Part shown: piece after piece, positions 1 through 13,661 of the stretch | How positions within the stretch are numbered: the stretch's first letter is position 1 | Layout of the letters: each line of letters starts with the position of its first letter | NCBI RefSeq assembly: GCF_006345805.1 | Contig: NC_043001.1 | Span: 25,420,001-25,484,000 of the forward strand | Origin: Octopus sinensis | Lineage: Eukaryota | DNA: 64,000 nucleotides | Reading direction: 5' to 3' | Position numbers and translations under genes: made by a program | The notes under the pieces: model-generated | The model's input: only the letters and a program-made list of their open reading frames with translations | Databases searched by the model: none | Told to the model about the DNA's origin: nothing

Positions 1-411
1 AAATCAAGGACTAAGATATTTGTCCTCCCTGATTGCAGAAAGCTCATTAAATACAACTGGTTTAGAACAAAATAGCAGCAAATATGTCAAAGTCTGAAAG
101 ACAATAACTCAATCTGATCCAGGTGGTGCCCTCCAATTCGATGAAAGAAACTTGTCCATGTGTCTACACCTATTAAAATTTCAAATCTTGAATTAAGCAG
201 TGTGTTGAAATTGCTGGATTAAACAAGAATATGAAATCTTTCTGCTATGCATAAGTTGCATTTCTTAGAACCATTCTCCACTCAATTGTATGTGGTGTGG
301 AGCTGATCTTCAGCTTCCATGTGTGGTTAACCAACTTAGTTGCATGACTTTTATTAATGAGCTGGAAAGATAGGTGGTGTGCATAACATCTCTTGAATTC
401 ACCCTCAAAAA

Positions 412-449
<38 letters not shown>

Positions 450-578
450 TTTGTGAGGGTGAATATATATATATATGTGTGTGCATGTGTGTGTGTGTGT
501 GTGTATAGACATATATATCTATGTGTGTATATGTATTAATGTGTGTTTGTGTTTACATATATATTCTCTTTCTCTTTC

Positions 579-960
579 TCTTTTACTTGTTTCAGTCATT
601 TGACTGTGGCCATGCTGGAGCACCACCTTTAGTTGAGAAAATCGACCCCAAAACTTATTCTTTAGAAGCTTAGTACTTATTCTATCAGTCTCTTTTGTCG
701 AACTGCTAAGTTATGGGGACGTAAACACACCAGCATCAGTTGTCAAGCAATGTTGGGGGGACAAACACAGACACACATACATATATATACATATATACGA
801 TGGGCTTCTTTCAGTTTCCGTCTACCAAATCCACTCACAAGGCTTTGGTTGGCCCAAGGCTATAGTAGAAGACACTTGCCCAAGGTGCGACACAGTGGGA
901 CTGAACCCAGAACCATGTGGTTGGTATGCAAGCTACTTACCACACAACCACTCCTGCACC
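579..960 (-). mobile_element. Family A tRNA-type SINE (first copy of a tandem duplication)
   Basis: Head GGAGTGGTTGTGTGG (A-box-like), GGTTCAGTCCC (B-box-like), CORE-like ccttgggcaagt, internal (TA)(TG)n, tail gaaacaagtaaaagag. Confidence 0.9.
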
Positions 961-1126
961 TATATATATATATATATAATATATATATATATATGAGATT
1001 TGTGAGGGTGAATATATATAATATGTGTGTGCATGTGTGTGTGTGTGTGTGTATAGACATATATATCTATGTGTGTATATGTATTAATGTGTTTTGTGTT
1101 TACATATATATTCTCTTTCTCTTTCT

Positions 1127-1504
1127 CTTTTACTTGTTTCAGTCATTTGACTGTGGCCATGCTGGAGCACCACCTTTAGTTGAGAAAATCGACCCCAAAA
1201 CTTATTCTTTAGAAGCTTAGTACTTATTCTATCAGTCTCTTTTGTCGAACTGCTAAGTTATGGGGACGTAAACACACCAGCATCAGTTGTCAAGCATGTT
1301 GGGGGGACAAACACAGACACACATACATATATATACATATATACGATGGGCTTCTTTCAGTTTCCGTCTACCAAATCCACTCACAAGGCTTTGGTTGGCC
1401 CAAGGCTATAGTAGAAGACACTTGCCCAAGGTGCGACACAGTGGGACTGAACCCAGAACCATGTGGTTGGTATGCAAGCTACTTACCACACAACCACTCC
1501 TGCA

Positions 1505-1506
<2 letters not shown>
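1127..1506 (-). mobile_element. Family A SINE (second copy of a tandem duplication)
   Basis: Near-identical to 579-960. Confidence 0.9.
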
Positions 1507-1556
<50 letters not shown>

Positions 1557-2007
1557 CGTATATGTGTAAATATATGGGTGTCGTACTGAAAATTGACTAT
1601 TCAAGTTTATTTTTATTATTATTAGTATTTCCTTATTAGTCCATTACATTTAGTTTGGAACAACAAAGTTGTTAAGTCCATTAACATTTTTAGACCTCAA
1701 TTTTATTTTCTGAATGAAACTGTTCTTATTTGTAAGATTTGGTTTGTTCTGTTTTTTTCTTGTTTTTTTTATTTTGTTTGTTTGTTTTATTTTGTTGTTC
1801 TTCTTTCTTTTTTTGTTTTGTTTTGTTTTTGTTATTGCCATCTTTCTATAATGAATCACATCTTGGACAAATTGAAAGTTTTGACTTTTGCTTTCAAAAA
1901 CATCATAATTTATTTCAACAATTCACTAACTGCTCTTAGGGAATTATTATTATTTATGTTAATTTTTAGTTTTAATTAGATATTAATAGAACTTGTATAG
2001 CTCTTTT

Positions 2008-2150
2008 AACCCCTTTTGTTACCAACCCAGCCGAAACCGGCTTTGGCTCTGTTTTCATAAGTTTTGAATTAAAATCTTCCACCAAACCTTAGTCACAATT
2101 TATGTTCCTAACACTAGCTGAATGATAACTAAGTTGTTTTTCTAAATTTT
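2008..2150 (-). mobile_element. Truncated piggyBac-type MITE (same family, reverse orientation)
   Basis: ttaacccc ttttgttaccaacccagccgaaaccgg is the reverse complement of the right end of 27913-28388. Confidence 0.7.
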
Positions 2151-2463
2151 ACGACAGGCTTCTTTCAGTTTCCGTCTACCAAATCCACTCACAAGGCTAT
2201 AGCAGAAGACACTTGCCCAAGATGCCACGCAGTGGGACTGAACCCGGAACCATGTGGTTGGTTAGCAAGCTACTTACCACACAGCCATTCCTCCGCCTAT
2301 ATGTATAAATAATCTCAATATTTTATGGAATTCCCTACAAAATGACTGTGTTATGAAATAGCATGTGCATATGTAATGTGGTGCATAGTTTTCCTTTTTT
2401 AAATGCATGATCAAGTAGAAAGAAAGGGATTCATGGAGTCTACAACTACTTTATTAACATTAA

Positions 2464-2990
2464 AAGTTATCTATCTACCTATCCGCTCAGTCAAAGTCGA
2501 CTCTCAGTTACTCGATGGATCAGTGTCCTCCAGTCAGTTCTATCCTTTCAGATTGGCTATGTCCATTCCGGTATCATTCTTGATGGTGTCAAGCCAGTGG
2601 GTTCTTGGTCGGCCTCTTACTCTCTTGCCACTGACCATTCCGAGCATGATGTCCTTCTCCAGGGATTTTCTCTGCATAATATGACCAAAATATGCCAATC
2701 TATGCTTGGTGATCCTAGCTTCTAGCAACATTTTCGGCCTTATCTGCTTAAGAACTTCTCCATTGGTGAGCCTCGCTGTCCATGGAATCCGTAAAAGTCT
2801 TCTCCAACACCAAAGCTCAAATGCATTTATTCTCTTCTGGTCAGCTTTCTTTAGTGTCCAGGTCTCGCATCCACATGTTGCTATTGGGAAGACAATTGCA
2901 TTCACCAATCTGCATTTGGTAGCGACTCTGATGTCTCTATTCTTCCAGACCTTGCTCATGCTGACCATTGCCTCTCTGCCTAGTACTATC
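2464..2990 (-). mobile_element. 5'-truncated RTE (BovB-like) LINE, RT C-terminal region and (GATA)n tail
   Basis: FELWCWRRLLRIPWTAR..YFGHIMQ..SLEKDIMLGMVSGKRVRGRPRTHWLD; frameshifted end DRTDWRTLIHRVTESRL. Confidence 0.92.
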
Positions 2991-3179
2991 CTAGTACTCT
3001 GCCTAGTACTATCCTAGTACTCTGCCTAGTACTAGGATTGGAGGAAGAAATAATAAAAGTTATACATCACATTAAATGAAAAACAACACACCAACCATGA
3101 CTTTCAGGAACATTTTTCACACTCAGGACTGTCAAAGTATGAAATAAACCAGCCATGTCAGTTGTTAACAGTTAGTATA

Positions 3180-3342
3180 GGCACAGGAGTGGCTGTGTGG
3201 TAAGTAGCTTGCTTACCAGTCACATGGTTCCAAGTTCATTCCCACTGCATGGCACCTTGGGCAAGTGTTTTCTACTATAGCTTTGAGCCAACCAAAATCT
3301 TGTGAGTGGATTTGGTAGATGGAAACTGAAAGAAACCCGTCG

Positions 3343-3392
<50 letters not shown>

Positions 3393-3592
3393 TCTGTGTT
3401 TGTCCCCCCCAACATCGCTTGATAACCGATGCTGGTGTGTTTACGTCCCCGTAACTTAGCGGTTCAACAAAAGGGACGGATAGAATAAGTAATAGACTTC
3501 CAAAGAATAAGTCCTGGGGTCGATTTGCTCGACTAATGGTGGTGCTCCAGCATGGCCACAGTCAAATGACTGAAACAAATAAAAGAGAGAGT
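3180..3592 (+). mobile_element. Family A SINE
   Basis: Full head-to-tail copy. Confidence 0.9.
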
Positions 3593-4290
3593 AAAGCATA
3601 TACTGCATCTTTCAAAAATTTCATGCTTTCTGAAATTCACCAACGCAGCTCCTGGTTAATACTCAGAGGCGGGGCTTATATTTGTCGCTTTGACAACCAT
3701 TGATTAGAGTACAATATTAAGCTGGAAACCCAAAACAGTTGTACACAAACTAGCTTCTTAAATGAGCCTCTGCAATACAACAATTAGACGGTTATTTATA
3801 ATGCCAATTATTATTATTTCATGTTTATGTCAAATTTTTTCACATTTCATTTTTATAGATCTTTGTTATATCAGAACTCGTCTAAACACAAAAGAGAATC
3901 CAGTGATAGCTAAATCAGTTCTTGACTTATCATTTCATAATTATAGGTAGAGAATTCCACATTCTTATCTCTGTTTGACGCAGGTGCCTCTAGCTAAACT
4001 GAATCTAATACAGAATTAATTAAGATATATCCATTCATCCAAGTGAACTCAGAACGTTTTGACAAATTTTCTGCTGGTTTCATCATTATATTAGGCATTA
4101 GCAAAATATTTATCAGTCTTTCCATTCTATATATTCAATAATAGAGCAAAGACAGAATTGGAAAAACAATAAGTGAAAAAAAGAAAACAGTGGAGAAAAA
4201 TTGGAATACAGATAAAGATTGTCTGGTGTTTAAGGCAGGGAGCTGGCAGAAATGACATGCCTAATTATATTTTGCCAGTCTCTACATTTC

Positions 4291-4727
4291 TAGGTGTAGG
4301 AGTGGCTGTATGGTAAGAAGGCGTAGGAGTGGCTGTGTGGTAAGTAGCTTGCTTACAAACCACATGGTTCCGGGTCCGGTCTCACTGTGTGGCACCTTGG
4401 GCAAGTGTCTTCTATTATAGCCTCGGGCTGACCAAAGCCTTGTGAGTGGATTTGGTAGATGGAAACTGAAAGAAGCCCGTTGTATATATATGTATATATA
4501 TATATGTGTGTGCGTTTGTATATCTGTGTTTGTCCCCCCAACATCGCTTGACAACCGATGCTGGTGTGTTTACGTCCCTGTAACTTAGCGGTTCGGCAAA
4601 AGAGACTGATAGAATAAGTACTAGGCTTACAAAGAATAAGTCCTGGAGTTGATTTGCTCGACTAAAGACGGTGCTCCAGCATGGCCACAGTCAAATGACT
4701 GAAACAAGTAAAAGAGTGAAAAGAGTG
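4291..4727 (+). mobile_element. Family A SINE with a duplicated 29-bp head
   Basis: ggtgtaggagtggctgtatggtaagaa followed by ggcgtaggagtggctgtgtggtaagt. Confidence 0.9.
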
Positions 4728-4951
4728 TACCAAAGAGACAAACATTTTCACCTAGTAAAATTGCTTATGTTTCTCTTACATTGAAAGTTTCTGATCAGAC
4801 CAACCTGTTAGTGTATTAGTGGATCCTCCCTAACTACTCCATTGCTTTGAGTGAGCATTTAATTTGTAGCATAACTGATATCCTCACTGTTTGAGAGACA
4901 TATTAGGAATGATCTTTGCTAGATAACAACCATGTTTGACTAGTTTGACCC

Positions 4952-6111
4952 TGTTGTGTCCACTGCTCTGATTGGTTGGCATTGGCACAGTTTGTCTCTC
5001 GACTTATTTCGCGCCAGTGTGTAAGCCAACCAATCATGGCCTTTGGATAAGGTCTCGTGACACTGTTTTTCTCATGCCTTATAAAGCCTACTCCAGGCTT
5101 TATAAGGCACCAGCATTCACTATTCCAGGTCTTTTGGCTCTAGACCTTCTAAGGTCTAGTCACTGACCACAGAGCTACTCAACCATGTTCCTGCAACATC
5201 GGTCTTAGGTTCCAGTCCTTTTCAGGACTAACCTCTGACCGCCGAGCGACTCAGCCATGTTCCAGTTCTAGTGCCGGACGACCAGTCAGTCAACCATGTT
5301 CCTGATCCAGCCATGACGATGCTAATATACACCAGCAGCGTAGGACGTCTCCACCACCGTCAACTTCAAATACGTACACAGCACTCATTCAGGTTTAAAC
5401 TCCATGCTGTTGTGAATATTTCACCGAGGTAAACAGTTCCAGTCTACCTGAAAGAACTTCCTGTATCAAGAGACTCAGCACGGCATTGAAGCCACAAACT
5501 GCTACACGACATGTGTCCAACCGGCATTCTGCCTCATGAGCCCAACATTGTGTTACAGAACTATTGCTATCGTGTACCTCACTTACGAACTGGTAAACAA
5601 ATTCCATCTTAACTCAATATGCTGAGACTTGTCTTATGCTCTGTATTGTTTTATACGCATACACCTTCTGTCGCACACTCGAACACACAGACACAAACAC
5701 TTGTCGCATGCACACAGACACTCTACTTTGCTAGCACTCACACACTCTCCTTATACACATTTGTAAATAAAGTTCTTCTCTCTCAAACAGTAGAACGTCG
5801 TCATCCTCATTTATTCCTTTTGGCACTATATTTTATATTATGTATTTGGCTATATATTTTGTTAGGGGCGACTGTGCGGCGTTCAAAAAGGAGACATTTG
5901 TCACCAACTCCTTACGCACGGTCATATTCCCTACAAACTCATGCAGTAATCTGTCCTTGCATCAACAATTTTCTTAACATTGATTCTAATCAGAAACACT
6001 CCTGTGGATATCTTCTTCCACTGCTTGACAGCCTTTTCCATCTAAGTGTCGTCTATGAAATCACATGAACCACATATTCTAATGACGGTGTGATTCACCG
6101 TCATCACAACA
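4952..6111. mobile_element. Possible solo LTR
   Basis: Termini TGTTGTG...CACAACA, TATA-like motifs, AATAAA at ~5766, internal subrepeats; no TSD found. Confidence 0.35.
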
Positions 6112-6529
6112 CATATCAGCTGAACACAACACTCCTTCTCCACTCAACAACAAACCTCTAAAACCATCAGTATTTAAATACTAAAATTAATAGTTTCTAT
6201 TCACTGGGAAGATCAATCAACAGTTGTTGTTTGTAAATGGGATAGACATGCTAGATGCATTCTTCAGCATGCTACTCATGTATTGAAGATGTTAAAACAA
6301 CTAGAGATAAATATTCCTTCTTACTTAAAAAAATATGAGGTCGAAAAGGGGCTATAAATTGCTATGCTTAATGAAATTAGAACAATTTGAAACTTCTTAA
6401 ACTTCTTCAATACCAAGGCAAACAAAAGAGAATCTTATGGAGGCAAACTCTGTTTTATTTTCTTATTAATAAAGAAAGGGCAGGGTCAAAATTTTCGTTA
6501 ATATTTGGAGTGGGTGGGTAGCTGGTATT

Positions 6530-7132
6530 TGTCAAGGGACCAATTCTGTAGGTTTTCACTCCATTCCAAATGCTTTGCAACGTATGTTTTTGAAAGTCGT
6601 GGTTTTCTGATTGCAGCCCTCCCATGAAATCTAGCTTTGTGCAGCTCCCAGCAAGCAGTTTTTGTGGAAACTGGGTTCTTGTGGTGGTCATTAAACTCTG
6701 CAGTAATTTGAGGAGCTGTATTTTTGTGATCCTTTCCAACAATTCATGTAAGAGTCTAATGGTCCTTATCTGAAAGTTTTGGTTTTGTTTCGATGAGGTT
6801 TTTCCCTCCTTCTCAAAGGCTGTCATTACTTTCAAGACAGTAATTCTTGATATACCAAACATTACGGCTGTTTTCGTTATGCTAGCACCTGCCATATGAG
6901 CACCAACAATTTGACCTCTTTGAAAGTCTGATAGATCTGCAATTTTAATGAATTTTAATTACCTTTTTCTGATGATATCTGAAAAGAAACAGCAATTTTA
7001 GCAAAACATATTAAGCAACACTAACAATAATTCAAAAAACATAAAAATAAACAAGCTTTTGACGGTTTTATAGATATTTCAAAATCATGTTGTTATGATG
7101 CTAGGTGTTTCCATTATTTTGTCCAATCCCTG
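6530..7132 (-). mobile_element. Tc1/mariner left-end fragment with a degenerate transposase N-terminus
   Basis: TA|CAGGGATTGGACAAAATAATGGAAACACC TIR at 7103-7132; DLSDFQRGQIVGAHMAGASITKTAVMFGISR paired-like HTH, then frameshifted. Confidence 0.85.
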
Positions 7133-8044
7133 TATATTATTATGAACAATAATACTTAGATGGCTAATATTAGTGTTTATATTTATGAATTTATTTACTA
7201 ATACCTGCCTTCAGTTTCTATTTCTCATTGTTGAGGGATTCAATCTTAGCTCTATATTTACTACAATATTAATCAAAAGTTATTAACATATTCCAACAAT
7301 AAGACACCTCATCACCAGTTTTTATCTTTTCCCTGCTACACCCTGATCATCCTAACAGGTCTTTTTCTAAATTGTGAGTAACTATGAAGTCCCTCTACTG
7401 CAAGAAAGCCATTCTGCTCTGGCCCTTCCTTCATCCCTAGCACAAAGTCACCACCCTCCAGGTTAGTAATCTTGCAAGCTCTATGGTGACCTCACTAGTG
7501 CTGGTGGCACTAAAAAAAGCAGCCAGTACATGTTGCGAAGTGATTGGCATTAGGAAGGGCATGCAGCTATAGAAATCATGCCTAAGTAGACAGTGCATGT
7601 GTGTGTGTTGTTTTTTACTGAACAGCATTCCAGGTTATAGAAGTAGTTTTACAAGTCTAATTAGGAGTGTTTGCATACTTTTTTAATACAATATTCATTA
7701 TGGAAAGTTAAAGACAGGCCTAGAACTTAGTGATCGGAGAGTTAATTTCTTTTGTTTTTTGTATATATTTACGGGGGAAAAAACCTTTTTCAATGCTTCA
7801 AGTTTCTAGTGCCACTTTATCTATGTATAAAGATATGTAATTAAGACCTGTGTGTGAAAATAATTAAGTCAAGATGACTAATTATATATATAAAGTAGGG
7901 AAGAAAGACAATATTATATATCTGTCTATAATAATTAATAATGCTCATTAATTCTTATCCTTGCAGATATGATTTGATATACCAATCCTGTCAAACCATC
8001 CAACCTATGCCAGCATGGAATGTGGATGTTAAAGGATGATGATC

Positions 8045-8582
8045 GTTATAATAGAGTGTAAGCATCTTGAGAGAAAAATTGGGCGTATGAGGCATCAGAT
8101 GTGGTTTGCAAGAGAGAAGACTGTGCTGGTATGGTCATGTGATGCATAAAGTTGAGGACAGCTGTGTAAAAAAAATGCTGACCTCTATCTGTGGAGGGAA
8201 TCTGTGGAAGAGCTAGACCCAGGAAGACATGGGACAAGGTAGTGAAGTATGATCTTCAAGCGTTGAGCTTCACGGAGGCAATAAGTGATCAAAATTTTTG
8301 ATGATATGCTGTGCTTGAGAAGACACGTCAAGCCAAGTGAAATCATAGTCATCACCAGTGCCAGAGACACATAGAAGTCACCTGAGCCAGTGAAACATAA
8401 AAAGGTATCTGTGTCAGTGATACATAAAAGGCACGCACTACACGCTTGGATTGGAAGGGCATCCAGTTGTAGAAACCAAGCAAGACCAGAATGGAGCCTG
8501 GTGCAGCTCTCTGGCTTACCAGTTCCAGTCAAACTGTCTAACCCATGCCAGCATGGAGAACAGATGCTAAATGATGATGATA
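8045..8582 (+). mobile_element. RTE LINE 3' fragment (decayed ORF end, 3' UTR and GAT tail)
   Basis: WYGHVM..EGICGRARPRKTW..YAVLEKTRQAK* followed by the ggcacgtaaaaagcacc-type UTR. Confidence 0.8.
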
Positions 8583-9479
8583 TAAATGGACTTCTATACA
8601 GTTTCCATCAGCCAAAAATCACAAGGTATAAGTAATTCTGAGACTAAAACAGAACACTTGACCAATGTGCCACACAGTAGGACTGGATTTGGACTTACAT
8701 TCTTTTAAAGCAAACTTACTCTCTTTTACTTGTTTCAGTCATTTGACTGTGGCCATGTTGGAGCACCGCCTTTAGTCAAGCAAATCGACCCCGGGACTTA
8801 TTCTTTGTAAGCCTAGTACTTATTCTATTGGTCTCTTTTGCCGAACTGCTAAGTTATGGGGACATAAACACACCAGCATCGGTTGTCAAGCGATGTTGGG
8901 GAGACAAACACAGACACACAAACTTCTTAACAATTCAATCACACAGTTACAGTGATTGTATCTAAATGCCTGAACCATGGTATTTTGTTTGTCTTTATGT
9001 TCTGAGTTCAAATTCTGCTGAGGTCAACTTTGCCTTTCATCTTTTCGGGGTCGATAAATGAAGTACCAGTTGCATACTGGGATCAATCTAATCGACTGGC
9101 CCCACCTCCTCCCAGAATTTTGGACCTTGTGCTTAGCGTAGAAAAAAAACATTTTTCTTTCAATGTTAAAGTAGCAAACTAGCAGAATCTTTGCAACATG
9201 GGAAAAAAGTTCTTAAACTTTATGGTTCTGAGTTCAAATATCACCAGGGTTGATTTTGCTTTTCATCTTTTTGGGGTTAATAAAATAAGTACCAGTTAAG
9301 TACTGGGGTTGATGTAATTGACTCCTCCTCCCCTGAAATTGCTGGCCTTGTGCGAAAATTTGAAACCAGTATTTCTTTAAATGTTAATATTCTGTTGATA
9401 TTTTTCTAAATGGTAATGCAGCAAACAAAGGTGAAGTAATGAAAATACAAAAAAATATTATGAGGAACTAAGTTCAAGC

Positions 9480-9786
9480 ATGTGAAAAAACATTCGAGCG
9501 AGGTTGTTGCCAGTGCCACTGGACTGTCTCCTGTGCAGGTGGCGCGTAAAAAACGCCATTTCGAGCGTGGTCGTTGCCAGTACAGCTTGACTGGCCCTCA
9601 TGCAGGTAGCACGTAAAAGCACCCACTACACTCTCAGAGTTAGGAAGGGCATCAAGCTGTAGAAACTCTGCCAGATCAAGACTAGAGCCTGGTGCAGCCA
9701 TCTGGTTCACCAGCCCACAGTCAAATCATCCAACCCATGCTAGCATGAAAAGCAGACGTTAAACGATGATGATGATGATGATGATG
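9480..9786 (+). mobile_element. Family B RTE-tail repeat
   Basis: Diagnostic core and (GAT)n tail. Confidence 0.85.
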
Positions 9787-12338
9787 AAAAAATAGATGAG
9801 AGACTTATTGTCAATTTAATATCAGCGGGAGGGTTGTCATGACCTAGTTTGCCTATCATAAAGGCAATTCATTTCATTTACAAAGTTGATGTTACCACAA
9901 TATCATTCTCCTCTCATACAACATTAATCATTACACTTCTATTCCCACTTGTTTACTGGAAGTAAACAATGCCTTATTTCCCATCCCTTACAATGCCAAA
10001 TAATAGGATAGACATGTAAATGCATGACGGCAGTCTTTATTGATATTAAGGTAATGTTCATGAGAGGAATGACAGTCAAAACATTTTATGGGTTGTTGTT
10101 GTTTTGCTTTGCTTTTAGTAAATATTTTGGCATTCAAACTAAGTAATTATGAGGATTATAATGAAAATGATGGAAAATTGGGCTTATAACTTTTTATTAA
10201 CTAACATAGGTCATTCAACTGCACATATTTGTTGTAGCTTTTCTTCTATTCTTCTGCATTGCAGGCAGATAATAGGTTCCATGCAAATGCAATATGCCAT
10301 CATTGAGTTTTCAATAAAGGTGGAGGTGCAGGTTGTCTGACACTCACAGAAGGGCTACACATTGTTTACAGGGCTGATACAGTTGGCAAGAGCAATGTGC
10401 ACAGATGGATGGTGTTTGAAGGAAGGGAAACTAGCATTGAAGACAAACCATGCAGTGGGCGAGCATTGATTGTCATCTTGACATGAATCACTAACAGATG
10501 GATGAAATGACTCACGCAGGCAAATGAGTCACAATCCATGGGTTTGCTGCACAACTGGACACTGATCACAAAGCATTATAGAAAATGACTTTGGGTAATG
10601 GAAAGTGTGTGTGTGTGCAATGTTGGCATAGGTATTTCGTCTGCCGTTATGTTCTGAGTTCAAATTCTGTTGAGGTCGACTTTGCCTTTCATCCTTTCGG
10701 GGTTGATAAATTAAGTACCAGTTACACACTTGGGTTGATATAATCGATTTAATCCCTTTGTCTGTCCTTGTTTGTCCTCTCTATGTTTAGCCCCTTGTGG
10801 GCAGTAAAGAAATAAGAAACTGAAAGCCCATCATATGTGTATATATATATGTGTGTGTGTGTGTGAAATGCTGATCCTTTGAAATACAGATAAACCGTGG
10901 CCGTTTGCCAGCCTCGTCTGGCACCTGGATGACAACCAATTTGAAAATGAGAAAGGTGAAAGTCTGCTCTGATCTACTGGAAGTATTTGAAGCCAATGGA
11001 GACACATATCGTCGTTTCGTTTAACGTCTGCTTTCCATGCTAGCATGGGTTGAACGATTTGACTGAGATCTGGCAAACCAGATGGCTGCACCAATTTGAA
11101 CTCAGAACATAACGGCAGATGAAATACAGCTACACATTTCGCCCAGCGTGCTAACTTTTCTGCCAGATGAAATACCACTAAGCATTTCGCCCGGCATGCT
11201 AATGTTCCTGCCACCTTGCCCACACCTTATATTCACGAGCCTAGCATCATAACTACTTGACCATAAATGCACACACACACACACATATTTTAAGCACAGG
11301 TGTGGTTGTGTGTTAAGAATTTCTTAGGTGCAGACACGACCTTGTGGTTAAATTAAGTACCAGTTTCGCACTGGGGTTGATGTAATCGACTTAATCCCTT
11401 TGTTTGTCCCCTCTATGTTTAGCTCCCTGTGAGTAATAAAGAAATAAGACTGATCCTTTGAAATACAGATACAACTCGTTTTTGCCAGCTGAGTGGATTG
11501 GAGCAAAGTGTCTTGCCCAAGGACACAATGCACTACCGAGTATTGAATCCATGAACTTACAATTGTGAGCAAACCATCCTAACCACTTAGCCACATACCT
11601 TCACACACAAGATATACCACATATCTAATCCTCCAGCTTTTTGTTTTCATATTTGTTTTAGCAGCAATCTCTATCTCTCTCATGCATCTGTTTCTATCCT
11701 CCTATCTTCCTGTCTTTAATCAGCTGTCTGTCTGTCTCTCTCTCTCTTTCTCTTCCCCTTCTTCTATTCCCCACTCAACAGTTCCTTCTGGTCATCTACA
11801 TTCAGGAAACTCAGTTCAACTTGCAACACACTTAACAAATACATTGACACGTGCTTATGTCTACACTCACACTAACCCCCTTACACACACACACACACAC
11901 ACACACAAAGGGGTGAAGATAAACACAGACAACACATCTGTGTAATTCTTAAAACGAGATAAATTTATTAGATGCTCCATCAAAGATTACTGACCTTAGA
12001 CTGAATAACAACTAAAACAGCCACAAATGTATAAGACAACCTCTGTGCCATTAACTAAAAATAGCACCTAAATCTCCCTCAAAATTATACACTCTCTTAA
12101 AAGAAGAACATTGGTGAATGTAGTCCCTAATATAGAAGACAGGAATGCTTTTTATCACAGATTGCTCAATCAGAGCTAAACATCTAAATGAGGCTTTACA
12201 TGAGAGACTGACTTGACTGAAACAGTCACTAGTGCTCTTCAAACCACACCCATCTGGCTTCATACTGGAGGAATAATAAAATAAATAAATAAATGCGCCC
12301 TTTTAAAGCCTAGCCAGGCTCATGGGCTCGGTTTCCCG

Positions 12339-12741
12339 AAAAAGCACCATCCGATCGTGGCCGTTGCCAGCCTCGCCTGGCCCCTGTGCCGGTGGCACGT
12401 AAAAAGCACCATCCAACCGTGGCCGTTTGCCAGCCTCGTCTAGCACCTGTGCCGGTGGCACGTAAAAAGCACCATACGATCGTGGCTGTTGCCAGCCTCG
12501 CCTGGCCCCTGTGCCGGTGGCACGTAAAAAGCACCATCCAACTGTGGCTGTTTGCCAACCTCGTCTGGCACATAAAAAGCACCCACTACACTCACCGAAT
12601 GGTTGGCGTTAGGAAGGGCATCCAGCCATAGAAACATTGCCAGATCAGACTGGGCCTGGTGCAGCCTTCTGGCTTCCCAGATCCCAGTTGAACCATCCAA
12701 CCCATGCTAGCATGGAAAGCGGACGCTAAATGATGATGATG
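12339..12741 (+). mobile_element. Family B RTE-tail repeat nested in a family C SINE (12293-12925, minus)
   Basis: Four ~60-bp subrepeats and GAT tail; flanks match the uninterrupted family C copy at 50958-51245. Confidence 0.85.
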
Positions 12742-13661
12742 TGTTCTCCAGCTGGACAGGATACCAGTCCATCGCAGCGTTACTCATTTTTGCCAGCTGA
12801 GTGGACTGGAGCAACGTGAAATGAAGTGTTCTGCTCAAGAACACAGCATGTCACCCAGTCCAGGAATCTAAACCACAATCTTACGATCATGGTGCCGACA
12901 CCCTAACCACTAAGCCACGTGCCTCCACATACTGGAGAAATACATTAGAGAAAAGAAAACATCATTATAACGCACACACTGTGAGAGTGAGAGCTGTGTA
13001 ATATATTCACAGATATTCGTCAATGTTTTAATGCCTTCTTTTCCAAGCTTGCATGGGTCAGACAGAGTTTGTTGAGGCAGATTTTGTACAGCTTGATGCC
13101 TTTCCTGTTGCCAAGCCTCAGCCGTTTCCAAGTAACGTAATAAATATTTCCCCATGGCCAGACATGTTTTCACAGCAGACTGGAAATAAATGACACTGCT
13201 TGTATGACAGTACAATGTCAAGATAAAGTGACACATGCATATGCACACACACATATATATATACATATGATGGGTTTTTAGTTTCTTATTTCTTTACTGC
13301 CCACAAGGCACTAAACATAGGAAGGACAAACAAGGACAGACAAAGGGATTAAGTCGATTATATCGACCCAAGTGCGTAACTGGTACTTAATTTATCGACC
13401 CTGAAAGGATGAAAGGCAAAGTAGACCTCAGTGGAATTTGAACTCAGAACATAACGGCAGACGAAATGCCTATTTCTTTACTACCCACAAGGGGCTAAAC
13501 ACAGAGAGGACAAACAAGGACAGACAAACGGATTAAGCCGATTATATCGATCCCAGTGCGTAACTGGTACTTATTTAATCGACGCCTGCACCTATAAGAA
13601 GCATTTTGTTATAATAGTAACAGGTCTAGAATGAGAATTATCAAAATTAGGGAAACCTACT

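Larger units (their letters stand above)
421..1552. repeat. ~550-bp tandem duplication bounded by (TA)n
   Basis: gagatttgtgagggtg at ~446 and ~995; each unit has unique flank plus a SINE. Confidence 0.95.

Noticed and set aside
750-1556. ORFs MLGGQTQTH... and MSS(N/D)ARGTN... here and at 4282, 13660, 20438, 24701, 43682, 57921 and 63062
   Set aside because: Antisense read-through of family A SINEs and their (TA)/(TG) cores; not genes.
1737-1835. (GTTTT)n-like tract giving K/N-rich and F/L-rich ORFs
   Set aside because: Low-complexity sequence, probably a decayed A-rich tail.
3859-3946. Plus-strand exon-like segment (DLCYIRTRLNTKENPVIAKSVLDLSFHNY) with AG and GT boundaries
   Set aside because: No homology recognised and no compatible neighbouring exon; likely chance in AT-rich DNA.
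12051-12264. Strong acceptor (ttattcctccag|TATGAAG) before a 70-aa minus-strand ORF
   Set aside because: No recognisable homology, no partner exons found, and it lies beyond the predicted CKAP5 poly(A) site. A non-coding exon cannot be excluded without RNA data.
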